From Chlorokybus atmophyticus (Eukaryota; Plantae; Mesostigma and Chlorokybus algae): DNA of 64,000 nucleotides. The translations under genes and the position numbers were made by a program. Shown here in pieces: positions 22,791 through 35,800 of this stretch (its first letter is position 1; every line of letters begins with the position of its first letter). The notes under the pieces were generated by a model. It was given only the letters and a program-made list of their open reading frames with translations, did not search any database and was not told the DNA's origin. The stretch is from positions 769,378-833,377 of the forward strand of contig RHPI01002069.1 in the NCBI GenBank assembly GCA_009103225.1, in the 5' to 3' direction.

Positions 22791-24673
22791 ATGGCAATCC
22801 CTTCTCATCTCAGCTCAATTGCAGCAGCAGAGAGGATGGTGGCTGGTGTAGAGGCAGGCAGCTCGCACTCGCCGCAACTCACAAACGACCATCATCAACA
22901 TGCAGAAGATAACGAATCACATGTGGCAGTAGGAGCCCTAACTTTGCGACACCACACGGCACAAACAAGCACGCACGTCGCCATGCATGAAACACACCTT
23001 CTCACCAGCTCCACAGTGGGTCGTATGTCCAAGTACCTTGTAACAACAAGGCAGCAAGAGCTGGTAACAACAAGGCAGCAAGAGCTGGATGTTCGCGAAG
23101 TCGACTGTTCCAGAGAGCTGGAACCGCAGTGCCGTACTCTTGTGAACGTCCTGGGCGGCAGCGTTGGCGGCGGCGGGGGCTGTCGGCGTGCAGGTGAAAG
23201 CGTCTGCGCAGGTGAAAGCGTTGTTTAGAGAGGTCATGCATGCTTTGCATGCTGAGGCCTACGGCAGTCCTTTCGCTTGTCAAGTCAATCTCTCGCGTGC
23301 TGTCATGTATTGTGACATGAGAGCTGCACAGATGATTATGCTGTGCATGCTGAGCGATGACTGCTTGTAAGTGTAGCATTTAGTGGTAATTTCGTTTGTT
23401 CCAAGCTGTATTTGTGCATTGCTACCCGTAGGCTGTAGCTAGGTTGCCAGCTAGACTTTGTGCACGCATGCATGCTATCAGTCCCTCGCCTGTGCAATGC
23501 AAGGGGCATTGGGCAGCCCAGGCGTAGGTCCCAATGCTGCCTCAGTGTGCACGAATTTGCTTGCTGAGACTTATCGAACTGTGTGCCTGGGTTGTCTGCT
23601 GCGACAGCATGAAGCGTCAACTCAAGCGTAGGCTTTGCAGTAGCAACGAGCCTGTTCAACAAGTTGCCATGTAAGCAAGTAATGTAAATGCTGCAGACAG
23701 TACGCAAGCACGCAGAGATGACAATATCAGCGTAGTAACGCCGTTAACTGTTACAGGCAAACATCAAAGACCAGACCCGCACGCGCCAATCCTCGGAGAC
23801 ATCAATGCTCAGCCCCAATCCCCTACACCTGCACCTGCTCAGCCTACACCCTCTCAAGATCATGGTCAGTCTGCTGCACCACCGTCGCCTCCTCCTGCTG
23901 GTATGTCGCTGATAGACTATCTGCAGGTTGATATGGTTGGTGAACTACAGCAGGGTCTCGATGAATTACAGAAGAGCCTTGTTGCTGCAAGAGACAGTGC
24001 TTTATGGGCTGAAGATGAGGCTGCACGCAATGCACAACAGTTGGAGGAACTAGCTGCCTCAACCGCGATGCCAGGTGCCTCCTCTGCCCCTTAAACACCA
24101 TCAATACCTCCTTCATCTGCGGATTGGGCATGCCTCAAGTTGTCGCGCATCCAACACGGGCAACGTCAGGTCGGCGAGTACATACGCCACTTCTTACACC
24201 TCGTTGACATGGCGGCCGACGCCGGCAAGCCGATTGATGGACAGCTTCAAGTGGATTCGTTCATGCAGGGGTTGAGTCGCACCGTGCGCAATGCCGTGAA
24301 GTTGGGACCAGGCAACCGCGCGTGGTCTGCTGGTCAAATTGTAGAACTGTTGCGTGCTGCGGAGTCGTACGAACAGCGCTTGAAAGTGAAAGTAGAGTCG
24401 CGGCGCATCGAACTGCAGATCACCGATCCAAGCAAGGCAAAGATCGACGAACGAAGGCAAGAAAAGAAGCTGGCCAAACAAATCGCGTGGGAGTTTCACT
24501 GCAGTGCAGCAGGACAAGCAGAAGGATGGATGACAAGAGTGAGCAGCACCGGCAGCAGCGAGTATATGACTTTGATCACAAAGCTGCTGGAGGTTTGGTT
24601 GGACTTGTTGTGCGCCTGTGCCGACAGCGTGTGTGGCCACTACTGCTGCAACTCGTTGCACTGCCGGTCATGA
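22791..24673 (+). mobile_element. Retrotransposon Gag-like gene remnant, apparently spliced, with one in-frame stop
   Basis: WACLKLSRIQHGQRQVGEYIRHFLHLV...QVDSFMQGLSRTVRNAV resembles the retrotransposon Gag capsid C-terminal/major homology region. It is in frame with the upstream Pro-rich and coiled-coil ORF except for TAA at 24092-24094. Candidate intron 23194-23756 is phase-compatible. No pol motifs seen nearby. Confidence 0.55.
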
Positions 24674-26761
24674 AGCGAGACGCATGCGGTGGTGCCCCTA
24701 AGGCCTCCCATGTGTAAAATTGAGGCGGACAGCAGCGCTTGCGTGGGGACAGCGCTGGAGCACAAGAGCACGCGGGAGCGGCCGGCAAGTGCGACGGTGG
24801 CATCGATTGTGTGGTCTTGTGTGCTGATGGTTGTCAGTTGAGGTGCGTGTGTGAGGTTCTTGTGTGGCGGAGAGCGCGTGCTGCTGTAGTATTGATTGAA
24901 TGTGTAATGTACCCTTGTATATTGGCATATCATAGTTTACAAAATATGCATGCAATGTCATGCATATGACCGTGCTGACACATGCAATCCAACCCCACCA
25001 CAGCACCTAACCGCCAGCAAGGGCACCAGCACTACCCCAACTCCTAACCTATGGCACTACCAGACCTACTGCACGAAGAGGCAGGGAGCGAATGCGGGCG
25101 GGAGGGCCAGTCGCAGCGGTGCAAGCAGTTGCCCACTGCTGACGTTGACGTTGACAATGCAACCCTGTGCTGCGCTACAGCAAGGGCGTGTGATACTTTG
25201 TTGCCACTTGAAGGTTCGGTACAATGTATACATGGCACTTGTATCAACAATGAGCACAAACAAGTGGTACTAAAGACCTACGACAACAACAATAGTCCTT
25301 GCTACCACAAGTACCACAGCAACGACAATGACAACATGTGGCAGCCGGACAAGCATGAGGAGCTGGCGCAAAGCGTGGCAGCCACGTGCAAGGGGCTGGA
25401 AGAGGACCCGCTTCTCGCTCTCCGCACCCGCGCAGACAAGCAAGCTTTGCAACACACGCGTGCACACATGCACACGCACACGCAACTCTGTCGCCTCTCT
25501 TCCACACACCCAACAACATTGTGTTGGTGCCTACATTTGCATGCGTTCCAAGTCGGGGCTCTCAGCAGCGTGGCCATGCGCCAGACCGAGCGCACATGCC
25601 GAACGACACTCCTCAACCCACGTGGATGCAAACTACAAGCCAAACAGCTTAGGCAGGCTCTCTCGGTGCGTGCGTGCGTGGGTGGGTGGGTGTCGGTGTG
25701 CGTGTGGGTGTGGGTGTGAGCGTATGGGTGGGTGGGTGTGGGTGTTGTGTCAACACACCTTTTCAGACAGGTTGCGACTATGGGGGGTGTGGTTGCGGAC
25801 CTCCAGGATAGACTGGCGCTTGGGGGAGCCGCTGCTGCACGCGCAGGAGCTTCAGGTAGGTGCGTGCTGAGTGTTGTCAACAACAACAACAACAACAACG
25901 ACTACCTGAGGCAACGCCCTGGCGTAGCCAAAAGTACCGCCAATTTGGGTGTGAATCACTCACGCAGCGCCGAGTCATCGTGATTGGTTAATGTGAATAG
26001 TGTTTGATGACATCGTGGTTGCAATGCACATGAGAGTAATTGCAATTTCGTTGAAAGATGCGATGACAGTTATACGGTGTGACACTTTAAATTTGAACAT
26101 GATCCGCAGCTCAAGGGGCCAGTATGCATACAACTTCATGCGCTGGTCACATTCTCTGTTACCCAAGGCTTGACTGCAATTGGGCTCTATCAAATGCATG
26201 ATCGCGCAAACGACATGCACACACATACCCCGGGGGGATGCACACACATGCAGTTGTCTGTGAGTGCATGTACTCTCGGGCATTTAATGATAATGACGCA
26301 CAGTACGAGTTTGACAATTCGTTGCTATCGGATAGCAATCAGACATCATACAATATGAGATTCTGATATCACGCTTGCACAGCACAATCTGTAACTATTG
26401 CGTCAACAAGGGCTTTGTCCGTTTTTCCCAGAAAGATATGTGGCTCATAAGCCGGCGAGCAGCGAGCTTATGTGCTCACCAACATGGTTACGGCGTATAC
26501 AGGCTGTAACCAAACCAGGTCTTCTTAATATGGCAATGCGCATAGGAAGGCAATAGGAGCAACACAGTCAACAAGTTAAGCGGCGCACATGTGCATGCAC
26601 AATTGGACAAGATTAACACCACAGCTGCTTTGACAACTCTCTGGAAACGTGCAACATTTACAGACCTGTCCTATCTGATACTAACAAACTGCGCAGTGCA
26701 CCTCTTTGAAAAACACCTAACTCTGTACACAACTGTACAAGTGAACTCGCTCGCGGACAAG

Positions 26762-29507
26762 TCATGCACTGCCCCCAGCGGGAGCCTCCCTCGCCGAGTA
26801 CTGCGGGAGCTCATAGCCGGGGAACAACGCGCGCTCGGGTTGCAGCAAGTCACCATAGAAGCAGCTCAGGCCGGCCAACCCCGTGTACAGAGAGTATGGG
26901 TCGTCTGACTGCCACAGCTCCTCGTGCTCCATTGCGACCATTCCAAAAATGTTTGCGCGCTTCATATACTTCTCCTCCTGTGTGTGCTTGTACATCGCCA
27001 GCAGTGCATACCTGAGGTCGGCACTAATGTGAGCTGTTTGACAACCGGCGCTGCTTGCGCATGGACACGCCCACACGCCCCAGCTTGCACACACGTGCAA
27101 AGAAAGTCGTATTGGTGGGGCTTGCGTGGTCTTGTTATGAACGCGAAGCAAGAAATGCGAAGCAAGAAACATGACTGCAACGCCTGTCACCCACCCATTT
27201 CCAGCAATCCCATGACACAGGCTGCGCCCAGGTTTGGTCAAGAGTCCTCTCCTCCACGTATCTTCAGCAAACAAGCGGGCGCTTTCAAGGTACTTCTGGT
27301 CCCCAAACACCTGAGCAACACGAAGTTAATCACTCACAAAGTCAACAGAACACTGTGGCCTTTCTGCTACTGTTAGAGCACCAGACATACTTGATGTGCC
27401 TTCAGCATTAAGAACACAGCACCAGGCGACCCATGGCACCACTGCACGAGCTCACCGCGCGAGCGTCCGGCTGTGAACACAATGAGGCTAACAGCAGAGC
27501 TCAAAGCGAGGTACTTTCTCAAATTATGACAACATAGGATCGTTAACCGCAATGGACATGCTTGCAATCTAGCACGAGAGAGTGCAACAGTGTAATGTTA
27601 TGAACAGTGCCTAGTGCTGGAGAGCTGTCCCTACCGCAGCCGTAAACTTGTAAACGCGAGCACTTCACTTACCAGTGCTGGGAAGGGACCCGTCCGGTCC
27701 AGCAACAGAACATACGTATTCAATGGAGTCAACAACCAATTTGCGCCACCGCGCTTCTGCAACATCAGTGCACAACTTGAACTTGGTCATCAGGCTGGAA
27801 ATCATGCCGATCTGTGTGTGCGACCAACATGCAACGTACCAGGATGAGAACGCGCATGATACAGCCTCGGGAAGTGCAGCAGCACGTACAGAATGCCGCA
27901 CAGCCCGTGAGCTGCTCCAAGGTAGCGCCTTCCATGCCAGTCATACATGAGCGGGGAATCTGCTATTGCGCCATCTTCCCCATCCCTGATGATATCCTCC
28001 ACAACCTGCATGACAGTTGAGTCCACTTCTTCAACGGTATCACTGTGTTCAGCAGAGAACCAAACATCACTACCTCAAATAGCATCCTGTCATTGAACAA
28101 AGTGACTTCTGCAGGGTCACCAACGTAGCGCTGAGCGTGGAGGAGAGCGAGCAAGTAGCCCGCGCGTCCATATAGGAGTTCGCTGCTCGTGACGTTCGGA
28201 CCCAAGCAGAGTGGTTGCAGCTGGGGTTGCATGGAATATGTGAGGATTGTGACGCAGCAAGACTGCAGTGTGGACCCCAACCAGCACGCACCGACCTTCT
28301 CAAGCCTGCTGATCCATGTCGACTCGCTCGCATTTGGTATTGCGGGTGTCACCATCAAACACACCGCAGAAACGCCTGCTTCACCAGTGTGAAATGTGAC
28401 AACCTGTACCAAACAACATGCATGCAGCAACGTTGAGTACCATGTGGTGACAGGGTATTGGTTAGACACGTTGAAGCTCGTGAGCATGCATGCAAGCATG
28501 CACTGCAACAGCCCGCAGACGTGCACCTGCTCAGGCCGACCATGTGGCACACCCTCGAGAACGCCTCTCCCGGCAATGGTTGCGTAGTTCTTGCTCAGCT
28601 CCCAGCACTCTCCGCGTTGGTCATCAGGCAGGCTTTCATTGCGGGACAGCAGGTAGAACGCCAGCGCTATGCCGGCAGACCCCACATACACGCCTGTTTC
28701 AGCATACGCATTGCGCCCGTCGAATGGAAAGTTGTGCCGGATAATCTTCGCACCGGCAGCCACCCGTGAGCGCAGTGCGTCCGTCCATGCCGAGTCTGTT
28801 GTCGACGGGGCACTGTCCTCGTCAAAGTTGTTGATGAAATACCTGCATCAGAACCAAGAGAAACAGTCTCAGCTTACGAAGTCAAGACCACCTTGTAAGC
28901 AACAGATATGCTCGCATGTTCATTGTCTCCTGAATGCAATGAGGCTGGCACCACCAAGGACGTGCCTGCCGTTCTCAGAAACCTTCAGCGCAGTCATGCT
29001 GCCTGGAGTTGAGAAGAGAGCGCCACTAGCTGCACGAGTCAAGGGAACCTTCAGAGCTGTTGCGGTTTTCCTGCAATTAGACGTGTAAACAGCTGTAATC
29101 GGTTTCAGGTAGATGTAACAACCTATCATAGCTTATAGTGTTTCTGTGCAGAAGGTGCATTGAAAGATTAGACACTGCTTCACCTCAACATGCATGCTGA
29201 AGACATGTCTCGACTTCAGATGCTGCAATGAACGATATTTTTCTTTCTTAGGTACTGCTTCCAGTTGTAATGGTGATTTGCTGCATGCGTGAACAGACGT
29301 AACGACCTAGTAAGCCAGTGCAAAGCTGCTGACTGCATCTCATCCAGCCAACCAGCACGCATTGTTCATTGGGCAAACCTGCCTCTTCGACCTGGAAGCC
29401 TTCGTCCTCGCACCGTTAGCGCCGCTTGGCCGCAGCTGACGACAACTGAGCAAAACAACAGCTCCGCAGCTCGCTCTACCAGCAGCGCAACTCGCCGCCG
29501 CCACCAT
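26762..29507 (-). CDS. LanC-like protein (LANCL/GCR2 family), multi-exon
   Basis: RYFINNF, GVYVGSAGIA, SELLYGRAGYL, YDWHGRRYLGAAHGLCGIL, LVQWCHGSPG, WRRGLLTK...LCHGIAGNG, DDPYSLYTGLAG and FPGYEL are LANCL motifs, including the Zn-ligand CHG motifs. Start is either 28997 or 29507. Confidence 0.92.
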
Positions 29508-29864
29508 CCCCCCAACAAAACTGCAGCCTGCTACCAAGCATGCATGCAAGCAAAGGCAAGCGTCACGCTCAAACCTCCGTAGCGTTTTGCTGCGCGTGTA
29601 CGCCGTGACTGTGTTCCAGTGTGACGGTGGCAGATCTCCCGCCTAATGTAAACACCAGGCTTGAGGCGGCGGAGGCGGAGGCGGAGGCGAAGGCGGTGCT
29701 TGTCCTGGTTAGCTTTCACAAAGGGCAGCATTTGAAGGTTGGGGTCTGTGAAGTTTGTTTCCCCCAATGACGTGTATGACTCGTAGCAGCAGCAGGAGGC
29801 TCAATCTGCTGTGTTTAAGCAGCTGCTGAGCATAGCATGCTGAGCGAGCTACTGCTTGGGCTGT

Positions 29865-32800
29865 ATGTTCATCAGCGGCTCAGCCTCACGCTCGAAGCTG
29901 AATGACCAACGGGCAGGTAATGGGTGTGACGTTCACGCTAAACGGAAGCATGTGCGATTGTGTTGAGCGTCTCTCTTTCCGCATGTGTTGCATGCTGGTT
30001 CACCTCAAGCAGCAATACAATCTGTTCAGCAGATTCTTAGCCTGGTAGACCGTTGAGTCGAGGACCTGCTAGACATACTGTTCTGTGTGCAATCTGAGAA
30101 CATTATGTCTAGCAGAACTTCGTCACTGCTTGCTGAGCTTGCTTCATTGCTAAGCTCAGGCCACAGCCATCAGTGCAACTCCCCTTGCCTGCCTGGACGC
30201 ATTGGTTGGCATGGACATAGGGAAGTAAGAGGACTGGCACGCAAGCTCACGTCAAGCACGTTAGATGTTACAAGCACGAGCTTCGCACCACTCGGTTGCG
30301 TTATCACAGCTCTAGAGACTTCTGGCCTAAAGCACCGACAATGCGCTTGTGTTAAGCATACGTGAGTTTTGTGGCTGTTCACACTGCATCACTGAGCCAG
30401 TCAGATCCTGTAGACCAGCTGTCACTGTACAGCTTTGCACTATGGCAGGTGCCAGCCACATGCAGGGCGCTTGTTGGCTGCGATGGCAGATGTGCGAGTG
30501 TGTCGAACAGCCACTGGCTGGCAAGCTATCCCCATTGCCCGCGAACATTGCATCACATTGCAACCCGACAGCGGTCCGGAGCATGCACCCTTATCGCTGG
30601 AAGCGGCGTTCTTGGATAGCCAGCACGAAAGCCAGCAGCTTCTGCAATACATTAACTACCTGACAGGTGCTAGTGATCTGGTGACAACTGTGCAGCGTTG
30701 CCTTGTCCAGCAAGTCCATGCTGATGGTGTCAGCTCTGTAGGCCGTAAAGCAACTTCAGGGCATCAACAGCGCAAACAGCCTACTCCATTATGGGAGCTC
30801 GACTTGCAAACCGTAGAAGGTTGGCTACTTGACTCAAACAATCGTACTAAGGGGCTCACTGGCTGGATTGCTTACTTGTCATGCAATGCAGAGACTCAGG
30901 CGACACCGCCTCCAGCAGTGGCAGACGGTCAACAGGCACATCTTGCCACAGATGTGGACACACCACTTGTCACGAGAACCTTGGATTTCTCAGAAGCTGT
31001 AAGCACACCTTCAGATGAGCAAGGTATGTTGAACCTAGCATGCCTTATTGTCTCTGTAGAGGTCGAGACACATGTAGGTCAGCATGCTATGCGCAACTGA
31101 CTTGGATTCTATACTCCAGAAGATGCGCCTACTTCGTCAGTCAGCAAGCGTCTGGTGCTTACGTTGGCTCAACGGGTTATAGAAGCTAGTGGGCGTGCGG
31201 ACTGCGATGGCATTGTCGACGATACGGCAGCTCCCAATGATGTGCAATGTGTCCTCTTAACAGGCACCTCTCTGTTGCCACGCATGCGTGCGGAACCACA
31301 CCGCAGCGCTCCGGCCAGTCCGTTGAACACAACAGCAACTTCTCAGGGGCAGGGTGCTCATCCTGATTCCGTTGACCACCAGGAGGGCAGCTTTGAGGAC
31401 GGTAGCGCTCCAGAAGTGCTGGCTTATGAAACGGTGCTGCAGTCTGCAGATACGCCTTCAACTTCTTACCAGCAAAACGATGATGGAGCGGTTACTAGCA
31501 CGTGTCATGCTACACACTGCACCACACTTGCTGGCACAAGCACCAGCCCAGCACGTGCAAGCACTAAGACAGACCCATGCAGTGAACAGGCGATGACGCT
31601 GCACGCTGTTCCTAGTCCGAGCAGGACAAGCAAGGTTCCAGAAGCAGCGACACCCGTGTGGCAGTCTCAGCGCGTGCGTCTTCCGTGTTTCCTGCATGCA
31701 TTCGGTGCGTCACCCGCTACCCAGCAGCAGAACACTCAGGAAGAAAGCAACCAGCAGGGCTTCTACCTCACGGCAGGCATCACACAACAGGTACCTGCAA
31801 TGTGTGCCCTCAACGCGGCCCTTAGGGCTCAACGTATGTCCTTTGCAGGGCAACGCAACCCCTCTTCCACAGCACACCTGTGGGGGTTACTTCACTGGTG
31901 GTGACAACCAGAAACAACATCATCCACCGTCCCCTGAGACAGCAACATCACCAGCAGCACAACATCTGCAAGTATTTTATGAGCATCAGGCTGTGTTTGG
32001 CAACCTGGACGCTGCTGTAGCAAACAGATTGGCAGCCACGGTTGCTGACATGTTTAACCTTGATGACAAAGACGCTGCGGAGGACATGGCTCTTGTGCAG
32101 CCCGTCAAACGCATCAGAGTGCAAGATGGGCCCCCAGTGGCAGGCTCTTCTGGCTTTCGAGCAGTCAACAGGCTGAAGTCATTTGCGGAACAGGCGTCTG
32201 CTGGCAACACAGTGCCACAAAATCCAGGCGGCATCAGGCTGTTTGAGGCAATGTCACTTCGCAGTGAAGTTTATGCAGGTGAAGATCAGCAAGCTTCTGC
32301 AACAGCAGCTTGCCCGAAAACCAGCGAGCTGAACGCGGCAGAGCAGACAATATTGGAAGCTGCACACGAGCCCCAAGACGCATTGGGGAAGGATGATGGT
32401 ATTCAGCTGAGGGCAGGGGAGCCCAACCGCATGTACATGCATGGTGCTGCAGCCAGCGGTTGTCAAGGAGCTGCAACGACACTCACGCGTGTTGACAGCG
32501 GTAACAGGCAGTTTGTTTCTGATGTGCAAAGGCGGAGCGCTTCGGTTCCGCCTTCAAGCTCAATTGGTCCCATCGCTACCAACATCGCAGCAACCACCTT
32601 ATTCACAACGAGCTTGGGAAGACAGCTGCCTCCAGCCAGCCCAACGGCCATCAAGCGAGTACAGGCAATCCTGCAAGAGGTTGACGGCACAGAGGCTGGT
32701 GATGCTCATTCACTCAAACGGCTAGCGCACGAGGGCATTTTTCAAGTGCCACCTGCTAAAAGGCTCGCTGCTTTAGCAGCACCAGCAGTGAACACCGGCA

Positions 32801-35800
32801 ACGCCATTGCTGGTTTACTGACAACAGCCTCAGGAAAGGCGCTTGCTCCAGCCAGCTCCGCTGCCATGAGACGCGCACAAGAAATCCTTGACGCAGTTGG
32901 CAAGGCTAATGGTGCTGACCATGCGCTTAATGGGAAACCTAGCAACTCAGGCCAACAGGTTGCGGGGCAACCTGGTCGCGCTCCAAGTGTTTGTCTCCCA
33001 CATGCTGATCGGGCTGTCACAAGTGCTGCTACCAACATCGCAGTAACGTCCTTATTTACAACGGGCTTGGGAAGACAGCTGCCTCCAGCCAGCCCAACGG
33101 CCATCAAGCGAGTACAGGCAATCCTGCAAGAGGTTGACGGCACAGAGGCTGGTGATGCTCGTTCCCTCAAACGGCTAGCGCACGAGGGCACTTTTCAAGT
33201 GCCACCTGCTAAAAGGCTCGCTGCTTCAGCAGCACCAGCAGTGAACACTGGCAACACCATTGCTGGTTTACTAACAACAGCCTCAGGAAAGGCGCTTGAT
33301 CCAGCTAGCCCCGCTGCCATGAGATCCGCACAAGCAATCCTGGACGCAATTGGCAAGCCTAATGGTGTTGACCATGCGCTCAATGGGAAACCCAGCAACT
33401 CAGGCCAACAGGTTGCGGGGCAACCTGGTCGCGCTCCAAGTGTTTGTCTCCCACATGCTGATCAGGCTGTCACAAGTGCTGCGCCTCCTGCTGCTACATC
33501 CATGTTGACAACAGGTGGAGGGAGACAGCTACTAGCGGCTATCCCAGCAGAGTCACCCGCCACATTGCAAGAACAGCAGTTGTCTACTGCCAAGGCTTAC
33601 AAAGCAGAACCTATCCGGTCCACCATGATTGTGTCTGCACTGGGAGGGCGTCCTCGTCGCAGGTTGGACAAGTGTAGTCATGGCTGCACGCCGCTGCATG
33701 CTGCACGCCCTGCAGGGTAATTAGGTCGTTTGTGTCGGCCAGATTCATCACTCCCACCTCAGCCTTGAGGCTGCAGACGCGAAGCCCCAATGAACCAGAC
33801 GACTCTTCAAGTGTTGCTGCTGAACATGCTGGACACATGTCAAAGCCTGTGAGATGGACACTGCATGACATGTACGCAAGCCGTGCAAAGCGCATTCCAC
33901 TTGTGGAGTTCTTCGAACATGCTCCTCAAGACAGCACTCTGGTCAGTTGTTCACAAAGTGTTGTTGATGTTAACATTATGCTGGTATGCGACAAAGGACT
34001 GACACTGACGACTTGTTGCAGCAGGCTTGCTGTGACGATAAGCAAATACACTTACCTGCAGGGAGCCCACTGGTGAATCTGAGGGTAAAAGGTGCGTGCC
34101 ATGCTTTCTGCAGGGCTCTTCCGTGAATCTGCTTCCTCGTGTGGTTGACTCGTCGCTACATGGTTTGGTTGCAGACAGTAGCGGACTGCAATTGCGGTCT
34201 GCGGACTTTAGAGAGATGTTACTGGCTGCTGGAGTTGACAAGAACGCAGCCTCTGAACAGTGAGATGATGCATTGCCAAGCTTGCTGCCAAGCAATTTCT
34301 GCGGTGCTTATCATGCTCCGTGCGATGTAGCTGGGTCCAGAACCATTTCCAGTGGATCGTGTGGAAACTCGCAAGCTATGAGCAGAGCTTCCCGCAGTAT
34401 CGAGGGCACTGCTTAACACCATCACGCGTTCTTGACCAGCTAAAGTACAGGTAAGGTCGAGATTGGCTGTTGAAAGGGAATCTGGGACGATCAAGCCAAG
34501 ATGACATGCATGCAGGTACGAACGCGAGGTACATCAAGGTCAGCGGTCAGTGCTGACGAAGATGATGGAGAAGGACTTTCCAGCTGCGGCACCCATGGTG
34601 TTGTGTGTATCCCACATTACGGACTTGGGGAGTCTAGACTCGAGTCCGACAGGTGTCAATACAAAGGATGACCATGAGAGCGCAGTCAGGGGGGCAAAAG
34701 CGCTTGAAGCAACTGCTGGTCAGCGCGATAAGGTGGCCTCAACTGCAAAGCCGGCAGTCATTGAAGTGACTGATGGTTGGTGAGTGTGTTGTATCCCCGT
34801 GCTATGTGTATGTCCTAGTAACTTGGTCACTAGGAACAGCGGAGACCGTGTTGCGGCACGGAGCTTTAACAAGAATTCCTGCAGGTACTCCCTAAATGCG
34901 GAGTTGGACGCACCCCTGTCAACTTACTTGCGTAATGGCAAACTGTGCATTGGGCAGAAACTGCAGGTAGGGCTGATGCGTGTGTTTATGGCCTGTATCG
35001 GCAGTGCCTGAACTGACTTGATCAATGCTTGGGACACGCTGAAGTTCGTCGCTTACTTTCCAGATATGTAACGCGGTGCTTCTGAACAGCACTGAGGGCT
35101 TGCCACCATTGGAGGTAGGGACACTTCACATAATTGCCACGACATGATGATGTTGTCATGACGGTAGCCAATATTGATGTTGGTGACAGGGTTGCAAGAC
35201 AATATACCTGCGCCTGCATGCAAACAGTACAAGGAGGGCTCACTGGGCTTTGAAACTTGGACATGGTAGGGCTGTGTTCCACATCACCTGTTAACACACT
35301 GCATTTATCCGCCGCAGCATGCACAGACGGTCAAGCAATAGTTGACGAGGACGTCTATTTGGTCAGCAATGGAAGCTGATTGTAGTTGAGTCATCATGGG
35401 TTGTAAGCTTGAGAGGATCTAAACATGGTGTTGGCAGCCTGCTGATGGTTGTTGCATGCGTCTTTGCAGGACGCCAATACTTTCCCATTGCCCTCAGGAC
35501 AGCTGTAGCTGGTGGCGGCATGGTGCCTTTGACTGCCATTGTTGTCAGTAGGGCGTACCCACTTGTTTACAAGGAGAGGTAGGATGCAGCAGGATGTAAT
35601 TGGACTCTTGCACCTCCTTGCGGGCAGACTGTCTTAGCTTGCTTGACAGCCAGTATTGCGTGCACCGCAGGCTACCAAATGGTATTGGGAGCATAGACCG
35701 TTCTGCACGCGCTGAAGAGCACGCCAGTCGGAAGTTTTATGCCAGGTGAGAATGTGCCTTTAGCCATGTTGTTGTTTGCTCAAGCACTCGAGCGTTTGCG

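Noticed and set aside
24092-24094. In-frame TAA as a sign of the ulvophyte TAR=Gln code
   Set aside because: Conserved genes here end at TAA/TAG where expected (e.g. 14331, 22124) and contain no internal TAR codons in the exons checked.
24700-26000. ORFs 25051-25719 and 25302-25898 as a continuation (pol) of the Gag-like element
   Set aside because: No protease, RT (YxDD), RNase H, integrase or tyrosine recombinase motifs; largely simple-repeat-derived.
26762-29507. LanC-like gene as part of a lanthipeptide cluster
   Set aside because: No LanB/LanM dehydratase, precursor peptide or transporter nearby; it is an intron-rich eukaryotic LANCL.
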